A stretch of 64,000 nt of DNA, from positions 371,558 to 435,557 of the forward strand of contig CAYOAM010000001.1 of NCBI GenBank assembly GCA_964402035.1, in the 5' to 3' direction. Numbering within the stretch: position 1 is the stretch's first letter; each line of letters opens with the position of its first letter. Source of the DNA: an uncultured Candidatus Saccharibacteria bacterium (GTDB lineage: Bacteria > Patescibacteriota > Minisyncoccia > Phycocordibacterales > UBA918). A program made the position numbers and the translations under genes. Below the pieces are notes generated by a model. That model had not been told where the DNA came from, made no database searches, and worked only from the letters and a program-made list of their open reading frames with translations. Positions 58,023 through 64,000 of the stretch are shown here, one piece after another.

Positions 58023-58394
58023 CTAGCCACCAAACCGAAACATTTCTTTCGCACGACGCGCACCACGGCGCATCAAACTTTCTGATCGCGAGTTTGTGCG
58101 TCGCAACTCTTCTTTAATTTCATTTTTCATACGATCAATAGCATTTTCCATCGTCTCCTCCGTCGCTTCCGCGCGCAACACCGTCCCATTTATCTTAAGT
58201 GTGATCTCAGCTCGATAAATCTTGCCTGTCTGATGATGTTCGGTCACCTTTTCAAGCTCAACATCACACACCATATCTGCTGCTTTCCTTGGTAAAAAAT
58301 GCTCGAGAGAAATCAATTGTTTATTGAGCTTCTCTTCTATTTCTGCCGTCATTTGAAAATTCTTGGTCTTTGTATTGATATGTGGAAATGTCAT
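58023..58394 (-). CDS. hpf: ribosome hibernation promoting factor (HPF/RaiA, short form)
   Basis: 123 aa. The beta-alpha-beta-beta-beta-alpha core pattern (MTAEIEEKLNKQL...YRAEITLKINGTVLRAEATEE). Confidence 0.8.
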   Translation of the reverse strand: MTFPHINTKTKNFQMTAEIEEKLNKQLISLEHFLPRKAADMVCDVELEKVTEHHQTGKIYRAEITLKINGTVLRAEATEETMENAIDRMKNEIKEELRRTNSRSESLMRRGARRAKEMFRFGG

Positions 58395-58400
58395 AGGATA

Positions 58401-58619
58401 TTAACTTATGCGAATAACTTTGTTCCGCGAATGATGACCTGACATAATACGGACCTGAGCAAGTCGCACCTCAAAATGATCAGCAAGCATCTCACGCACA
58501 CGGAGATTTGCTTGGTTCTCAATCTTTGGTGCTCGTACCCCGATCCGATACATATTAGTACGCTCCTCCTTGATAGATTCCTTTCGTACTTCGGTCAGAA
58601 CCTTGACACGTATCTCCAT
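58401..58619 (-). CDS. DUF167/YggU family protein
   Basis: 72 aa with the C-terminal GHHSRNKVIRI motif typical of YggU. Confidence 0.6.
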   Translation of the reverse strand: MEIRVKVLTEVRKESIKEERTNMYRIGVRAPKIENQANLRVREMLADHFEVRLAQVRIMSGHHSRNKVIRIS

Positions 58620-58867
58620 TATTCTTGTGCCTTTGCGACCTCACGCTGGTCAAGATAGTCCACTATCTCAGCAGACTCATACATTTCAATACCAGCTTCT
58701 GCATCAACCAAGTACGGCACCTGTCGCTTGCCACCGCGAGCTACAAGCTCCTCACCCACTCCAGATTCAGCAATATCTTTTTCATCATATTCAAGACCAA
58801 GCTCCTCGAGCTTATGAATCACCATAGCGCAAAATGGACATCCCGACTTCACGTAGAGCATGAGCAT
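58619..58867 (-). CDS. glutaredoxin-like protein
   Basis: CPFC active site in MLMLYVKSGCPFCAMV. 82 aa thioredoxin fold. Confidence 0.7.
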   Translation of the reverse strand: MLMLYVKSGCPFCAMVIHKLEELGLEYDEKDIAESGVGEELVARGGKRQVPYLVDAEAGIEMYESAEIVDYLDQREVAKAQE

Positions 58868-58884
58868 AGTTTATATCTCATTAG

Positions 58885-59574
58885 TTATGAACCTTGTAAT
58901 CGAGCGTACCTTGAGAGGAGCTCCGTCTGCTGCAGTATGTGCCCATGCATTGCCTTTTCTACTTCAGCTTTAGTCGCCCCCTCCTCTAATTCTAACACGA
59001 CATCGAGGGCAAAGAGTTTCCAAAAATACCGATGCTCACGATCCGGTGGACAGGGACCGGTGTAGGTATTTTTGCCACTAGAATTTTTCCCCAACGCCCC
59101 ACCCGCCGCTTGATCCCCTTCTGCTAGGTGTGTAGTTGTAGCGGGAATGTTAAAAAGCACCCAATGATCAAAGACATCAATACCCATTCTTTCTTTCACA
59201 AAATTCGGAATATCTGGGTCTTCCATCAAAAGCACAAGCGACCGTGTCCACTCTGGAACACCCGAAATCTGAAGCTCCGGATTTTTGTTTTCCCCATCAC
59301 ACGTGTATTGAGACGGTATCAAGCCGCCCTCAGTAATAGCTGGACTGGTGAGTGAAAATGTGGATGTTGCTTTACTTGCGTCATTCGTAGGTGTAGCCTG
59401 CATTATTGGTTGCTTAGTTTGGTAAAAAATAAAAAACAGTGCAGCCGCAATGATCAAAAAGCCGAGACTCGAAAGCGTAAAAGCCAACCGCATACCCCAT
59501 CCTACCATGTTGAATCTCCACCATTTTGATGTACAATGCAGAGCGTTCGGATCAAAGACCCGAACAAGAAGCAA
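58885..59574 (-). CDS. YbhB/YbcL family (PEBP/Raf-kinase-inhibitor-like) protein with an N-terminal membrane anchor
   Basis: The PEBP core (LIPSQYTCDGENKNPELQISGVPEWTRSLVLLMEDPD). The true start is more likely the internal Met (MVGWGMRLAF, ~59508), because the long start abuts the tRNA-fragment repeat. Confidence 0.7.
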   Translation of the reverse strand: MLLVRVFDPNALHCTSKWWRFNMVGWGMRLAFTLSSLGFLIIAAALFFIFYQTKQPIMQATPTNDASKATSTFSLTSPAITEGGLIPSQYTCDGENKNPELQISGVPEWTRSLVLLMEDPDIPNFVKERMGIDVFDHWVLFNIPATTTHLAEGDQAAGGALGKNSSGKNTYTGPCPPDREHRYFWKLFALDVVLELEEGATKAEVEKAMHGHILQQTELLSRYARLQGS

Positions 59575-59598
59575 TTCCGATGTAGCTCAATGGTAGAG
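59574..59598 (+). repeat. 25-nt exact duplicate of the tRNA-Asn 5' exon start (attccgatgtagctcaatggtagag), followed by a structured ~110-nt insert and a degenerate anticodon-stem copy
   Basis: Identical to 59736-59760. Downstream at ~59710-59724 gctcgctgGgaacag mirrors the tRNA segment gctcgctgTgaacaa. The interval contains the hairpins gacaatttt...aaattgtc and cctct-gtaa-gaggg. Confidence 0.6.
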
Positions 59599-59737
59599 TG
59601 AGAAAGTCTGGGAGACTTTCGCAAGAGGTTGTCGACAATTTTGAGCTTGAGAGAAATTGTCATACAACCTGAACAGCCTCTGTAAGAGGGCTCGCTGGGA
59701 ACAGTTTGGTGAAGTGGAGGTAGGTACAAGTACATAT

Positions 59738-60065
59738 TCCGATGTAGCTCAATGGTAGAGCAGCTCGCTGTGAACAAAAAAGTTCCAATCGCAGCTTCCT
59801 AGAGAAACCTAGGTTGAAAAACAAGGTGAATTGCTGGAAACCCCTTTGGGGCAATCAGCAGCCAAGCCCGATCGTATCGCAGATACGATTTAGGGAAGGT
59901 TCAGAGACTATCCCTTCGGGGAGTAGCAGGATAACGTTAATCTTTGCGAAGCGCCTTGCACCGTCATTTTGATCAAACAAAATCGGTGATGATATAGTCC
60001 ATCCCTTTTAGCAATAAGAGGAGCAATGTAACGAGTTGGTTGTAGGTTCGAATCCTACCATCGGA
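59738..60065 (+). tRNA. tRNA-Asn(GUU) interrupted by a group I intron between anticodon positions 35 and 36 (exons 59738-59771 and 60028-60065)
   Basis: Exon 1 TCCGATG-TA-GCTC-AATGGTA-GAGC-A-GCTCG-CUGU. Exon 2 UAA-CGAGT-TGGTT-GTAGG-TTCGAAT-CCTAC-CATCGGA-G. The acceptor stem pairs perfectly and the discriminator is G73. After splicing the loop reads CU-GUU-AA. Confidence 0.7.
59772..60027 (+). ncRNA. group I self-splicing intron (256 nt) in the tRNA anticodon loop
   Basis: P1: exon GCUGU (59767-59771) pairs with IGS GCAGC (59791-59795), placing U:G at the splice site. Core elements are P aattgctggaaa (59829-59840), Q aatcagcagcc (59853-59863), R gttcagagacta (59899-59910) and S gatgatatagtcc (59987-59999). 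P2 is cctag/ctagg, P8 has a UUCG loop, and the intron ends in G60027. Confidence 0.75.
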
Positions 60066-60069
60066 GCAA

Positions 60070-60106
60070 AATAAAAAGAGCCACATTTGTGGGCTCTTTT
60101 TATTTT
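60070..60106. terminator. bidirectional rho-independent terminator after the tRNA
   Basis: An A-run, then the hairpin gagcc-acatttgt-gggctc, then a T-run (ctctttttatttt). Confidence 0.55.
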
Positions 60107-60378
60107 GCGTAGATGGAGGAAGTGAACAGTTTCACTTCCGTTAGGATTCGAACGACGGAGTATGTTGCAGAGCAACTACGAGTCGGTGCCCAGACAAATT
60201 TCCATTTGGAAATTTAGTCGAGGGAGAAATTCATACCATCGGAGCCCACGATAAAAGCCTTATCAATAGGGCTATTATCTTTGCGCCTCAGACAGGATTC
60301 GAACTAAAGCGCTTGTGTTCTAGCAACATTTATTAAAAATGCTATGCTTCGCGCAGACACCAGCGGAGGAAATGTGCA

Positions 60379-60726
60379 ATGTTTCGATGCGTCAACTGCG
60401 GATGCAAGCGCGAGGAGCATATTCCTGACTTAGTTAACGAGCCTGCCGAAGGAGAATTCGCAGGCATCGACACGGTAATGCCGGGATATACCATGTCGAT
60501 CTTGGACTGCATGGAAACTCCATGGCCACCAGATTACCAGAAGCAAGCTGACGAACTATGTTTTGGTTCTCTTTGTGTTCGAGATGGACGAGGTTACATC
60601 TCACCAGATATGGAACGTGAAGAGGTCGAGGCAAGATCAAAGCTTGCGACGGCGGCTGGCACAGGATCAGTACTCATTGTTTATGATGAACGTACCGGCA
60701 TGTCCCACATATTATATCTTGAGTGA
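60379..60726 (+). CDS. hypothetical small protein with an N-terminal CxxC pair
   Basis: 115-aa ORF (MFRCVNCGCKREEH...). The upstream region is full of tRNA-derived fragments. No motif beyond the cysteines. Confidence 0.35.
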   Translation: MFRCVNCGCKREEHIPDLVNEPAEGEFAGIDTVMPGYTMSILDCMETPWPPDYQKQADELCFGSLCVRDGRGYISPDMEREEVEARSKLATAAGTGSVLIVYDERTGMSHILYLE

Positions 60727-60925
60727 ATTCGCACCCTACGGTCCATTTGACTCCGTTGGGTGCTTTTTTATACTCTCACCACTTCACTGTTACACAGGTT
60801 CTAACATCCTTCATCAACTGGAGCTGAATATAAATAACCATATTGATATGGTTATTTTTAATTCAGATTAGATACCCTGTGAAGACGTACGAATCATCTC
60901 AAGTTCGGCGAGCACCGTAACCCTC

Positions 60926-61660
60926 TCACGACCTTGGCACCATCTCCTGTGGAATCATCTTAATGGATAAATGAACTCGTTCAGTATTATAGTATCGCAG
61001 ATATTTTTTCAACGCACAGTTGATTGCACGCACATCAGTGGGTACATGGTCTAAACACTCCTCTTGGAGAGTTCTGTTGAAGCGCTCAATGTGTGCGTTG
61101 TCGTTTGGTTTCCCGATACGCGAATAGCGATGGTCATGCTTGATTCTGGAGACAAACCATGACGAGAACTCAGGTCCATGATCAGACTGCAGCATCGAGA
61201 ATCGAAAGGTGCAGTGTCGTGCTGCTTCGCGCACGAAACGCACACTGGTTCTGCCGTTCATGCGCGCGTATGCTTTCGCATACGCAACACGAGAGTTCAC
61301 GTCGATGAGTGAGAACACATACAGTCGCTTTTTCTGGTCAATCATGCGGTGGATGGTATCGATTTCCACTAAGGAACCTGGCCGTGCTGCGATCGGTCGA
61401 TCGATATGCGGGTGGTACCGTTTCCACGGACTTCGTTTCTTGAGGAGCCCGTGTCGTTCGATGGTACGGTGTACCGTATTTCGAGACACCATCACCCCCT
61501 CACGCATGAGCATCAGATGTATTGCTTCCGTACATCGCCCCGTACTGAGCCGCAGGCGTACAATCCGTTGTTCGACTGCATCGGGAATACTGCGTGGATG
61601 ATGACGAGGACGAGAGCTTCTGGTGGGTATGGTATGATACCCAATCCTCTTCGCTCTTCA
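60926..61660 (-). mobile_element. IS3-family transposase OrfB (DDE integrase core) fragment without a detectable orfA (truncated IS remnant)
   Basis: The 195-aa ORF carries the rve-domain pattern (LMREGV..., VEIDTIHRM, DHGPEF, IERFNRTLQEE). The same frame extends upstream to ~61660 without a stop (...IPDAVEQRIVRLRLSTGRCTEAIHL). No HTH orfA or slippery heptamer was found. The next plus-strand gene starts at 61903. Confidence 0.6.
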
Positions 61661-61902
61661 CACCCACTTCATCACCGCAGTATGGTGGTACCCAAGGTAC
61701 CGACCAACCTTGCGTGCACTCCATCCTTTGTTGAGGACAAGATACGCCGCTTCGCGGCGTATCTTTGGCATCTGTGGATTTTTGGTATACATGGCACTAG
61801 TATGTGGTGCCAAGGTATTGGGGGATTACGGTAAATTTGACAAACACGTAGCATAATCGTATAGTCGCTCCCGATTGCTCTTTCACAAAGAAAGGACTTC
61901 CC

Positions 61903-63405
61903 ATGAAGATTGAAGATGTTCTCGCCCGCCTCGATCATGAGCACAAAAACGGTGCCTCTGAAGAGGATCTCGCAAATACGGCTAAATCGATCATTCGTCC
62001 ACCTGCCGTCGCGCACCTTAATCCACACTCGACGAGGAAAATGGTGGGAACAAGGGAGTCGTTTGACAAGTCGAGCGTCACCATTTCGTTAGAAACCGAA
62101 CATGGGATGGCGACAGACGAGATTCGTCGTACTCTCGCGGAGACACTTGCAACGTTCGGCACACTGGAAGCACCTCCTGACATGTTTACGGCAGAAATTA
62201 GCTATCGCTGGGAATCGATTGCGGCATTTCTACGAGAAACGGAAATTTCGCCAAAGGTCAGCCATATTACGATTAGTCCGCATTACGCCACTATCGACAA
62301 GACGAAGCTGCGTATGCACAAACCCCGTGGCAACTCCGTTGATCTTAAACTGGACTACTGGCCGAACTACAAAGGTCCGCATATCGAGATCGCCACGAAG
62401 CACAGTGTGCAATTGCACGAGGAGATCGTACGGGCAATTCGTCCGTGGGTTACCTACTCATTCAGTAGGCCTGCATGGCTTCCACGTCTGAGGCGCAGAG
62501 ATACCACACAGATGCGATTCAATTTCGGCGGAGGCGGCGGTATTTCTTTTGCAGAATTCGAGCCCACGATCAATATTCCCGCGCCTGCAAACTTTCTGCT
62601 CGGCGTCGGAAGACTCTTTGGCACGAAACTACCGCTGCCAACGGAGTTCAGGAAGGCAGTTTTCAACAGCGACCGCCTTCTTGAGTACCTGCAGACAGCA
62701 AGCAGCCTCTTTAGCAAGCATCAAGATGCTGCGACGAACAAATACGAACCGCCGAGCGAGGAAGAGACAGCACGCATGTTCCATCAAGAGCTGCTCGTCA
62801 TCGATTCCTTCGGAAAGGACAAGTCGGGCAACGAGTGCTGGCCTTCCTCAATTGCAGCAGGCCGCGCTGCAGTCAGGATGATCCAGGAACATTTCGGGTG
62901 GAATCACCAGCACATGCAAGCACTCATGCTTGTAACTCCATATCCATGGAATCTTGGTGTGTGGATCACGCACGTATCGGATACATACGGCGTTGAACTG
63001 GAACCCGACTACCCTTCGTGCATTCCCGAGAAAGATACCCAGATCATTCGCTTGTGGTGTCTCCTTCGGGCATTTCGGAAGAGCTTTGCAGCTGATCCGA
63101 AAAATTCATATAGGCGCTACCACGAAGAATATCTTCACCCGACATACTTGTGGTCGAGCTACGTAGAGAAGTGTGACCTGAACGAAGTCGTCCACACGCC
63201 AAAGCCGATGCATGCAGATCTGCAGAAAGTCAGCTTCGGCCATGCGGACATACGCCGCGACAACAAAGACTTCTTCAAGGTGGAATGCTCAACTTTCGAA
63301 CCAAATACCTTGAGCTTTGCGCTTTCGCTCAACACGGGGTCCGATACACCGTTCTTTCCTTTCTACAACAGTGTTCTCAAGCAACTGGGATACACACTCG
63401 GCTGA
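61903..63405 (+). CDS. hypothetical protein (500 aa), no recognisable domain
   Basis: A long uninterrupted ORF with coding-like composition and a GGGGG loop (FNFGGGGGISF). It directly abuts the IS3 remnant. Confidence 0.5.
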   Translation: MKIEDVLARLDHEHKNGASEEDLANTAKSIIRPPAVAHLNPHSTRKMVGTRESFDKSSVTISLETEHGMATDEIRRTLAETLATFGTLEAPPDMFTAEISYRWESIAAFLRETEISPKVSHITISPHYATIDKTKLRMHKPRGNSVDLKLDYWPNYKGPHIEIATKHSVQLHEEIVRAIRPWVTYSFSRPAWLPRLRRRDTTQMRFNFGGGGGISFAEFEPTINIPAPANFLLGVGRLFGTKLPLPTEFRKAVFNSDRLLEYLQTASSLFSKHQDAATNKYEPPSEEETARMFHQELLVIDSFGKDKSGNECWPSSIAAGRAAVRMIQEHFGWNHQHMQALMLVTPYPWNLGVWITHVSDTYGVELEPDYPSCIPEKDTQIIRLWCLLRAFRKSFAADPKNSYRRYHEEYLHPTYLWSSYVEKCDLNEVVHTPKPMHADLQKVSFGHADIRRDNKDFFKVECSTFEPNTLSFALSLNTGSDTPFFPFYNSVLKQLGYTLG

Positions 63406-63627
63406 CACAGTGCGACGGCAACGTCGCACTTTTTTTATACAGGAGTGGAATAAGGGTGTCAGGTACCTTAAAAATTGTCCCTGTCCCCATTTCTCCGTGT
63501 TGCACTATGATGCTATCAAGTTGTATATCGTGCTCTTTGGCGTAATTTCCAGGTCTCATGGACCAGTAATATCACAACAAGAAAAATACGCAACTTAACC
63601 TTTTCGGCACTCAAAGTTTTTATCGCT

Positions 63628-64000
63628 TTACAATTCTAGGAATTTCCACTCGCTTAAGTCATTCGGATTGAAATGATACTTCTTTTGCTCGCTTATACGC
63701 CAACTTTTTCCATCAGGAATCACAATCCCTCCAAAGAGCTTAGTCTTCCGTTTACTTCGCTCAAGAATATACTTTGAAAGTCCTTCTGCACGTGACCCTG
63801 CTGTTTCTGCAGTAAGACCACCCTTTGTATCGAACAGACCAATTGAACCATCTTTAAGTTGCACTACAAAGTCGACATAAAATGCCTTCTCTTGATCATG
63901 TTCAACATACGGGACCGCAAAATATGTCGCATCACCAACTCCATTTTTAAACCACCACAAAACATTTTTAGACTTCTCGAGAAAATCAATAAATGAGACC
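63628..64000 (-). CDS. hypothetical protein, C-terminal part only (gene continues past the window end), possible PD-(D/E)xK nuclease-like fold
   Basis: The frame stays open upstream of the TTG at 63958-63960 all the way to the window edge. VDFVVQLKDGSIGLFDTKGG resembles a D...(E/Q)xK nuclease core. Confidence 0.35.
   Translation of the reverse strand, partial: VSFIDFLEKSKNVLWWFKNGVGDATYFAVPYVEHDQEKAFYVDFVVQLKDGSIGLFDTKGGLTAETAGSRAEGLSKYILERSKRKTKLFGGIVIPDGKSWRISEQKKYHFNPNDLSEWKFLEL

Noticed and set aside
60140-60305. Two aggattcgaac motifs that look like reverse-complement tRNA T-loops, suggesting minus-strand tRNA genes
   Set aside because: The flanking sequences cannot form T-stems or acceptor stems in either orientation. 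The tRNA-Asn T-arm GTAGGTTCGAATCCTAC is itself nearly palindromic, so partial copies mimic a reverse-strand T-loop. These are treated as tRNA-derived fragments, not genes.
61406-62028. ORFs 61406..61834 (+), 61500..61724 (-) and 61672..62028 (-) as the missing IS3 orfA
   Set aside because: None encodes an HTH/leucine-zipper OrfA-like sequence. The plus ORF is antisense to the transposase frame. No A6G-type slippery site precedes OrfB. The IS is therefore called a truncated remnant.

Overview
This 64-kb window reads as a compact, gene-dense bacterial chromosome segment (~50% GC), most consistent with a reduced-genome bacterium such as a Candidate Phyla Radiation/Parcubacteria-like lineage. The bulk is housekeeping.

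Plus strand, left end: an archaeal-type AspRS (5'-truncated by the window edge) and the acetate kinase + phosphoketolase pair.

A long minus-strand run carries a truncated dcw block (mraZ-rsmH-ftsL-ftsI-murF), then lysS, greA, mrdA, mreD?/mreC/mreB, proS, rseP, frr and a holB-like gene.

At the right, the plus strand carries murA, a priA-like gene, def-fmt, and a minus-strand block of hpf, a DUF167 gene, glutaredoxin and a PEBP-family gene.

RNA genes: a tRNA-Glu(CUC), and a tRNA read as Asn(GUU) that is interrupted in its anticodon loop by a ~256-nt group I intron with recognisable P, Q, R and S core elements and a U:G P1 pairing.

Four regions stand out as accessory or unusual:
1. 15.7-26 kb: a lipid/lipoamino-acid tailoring cluster with a PAP2-like protein, a His-box desaturase/hydroxylase, a Rieske oxygenase, two tandem B12-binding radical SAM enzymes, two GNAT/OlsB-like acyltransferases and a GH3-family adenylating enzyme.
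2. 47-52.4 kb: a module of a second MreB paralog, a 912-aa HerA/VirB4-like ATPase and a Pro-rich protein, inserted into a housekeeping operon.
3. Both tRNA loci carry duplicated tRNA-end fragments, tandem repeats and, near tRNA-Asn, an IS3-family transposase fragment.
4. Four copies of a CCAAGGG-N3-CCCTTGG palindrome family, two of them in tandem upstream of murA.

Functional calls are from motif and architecture recognition by eye. No database searches were run.
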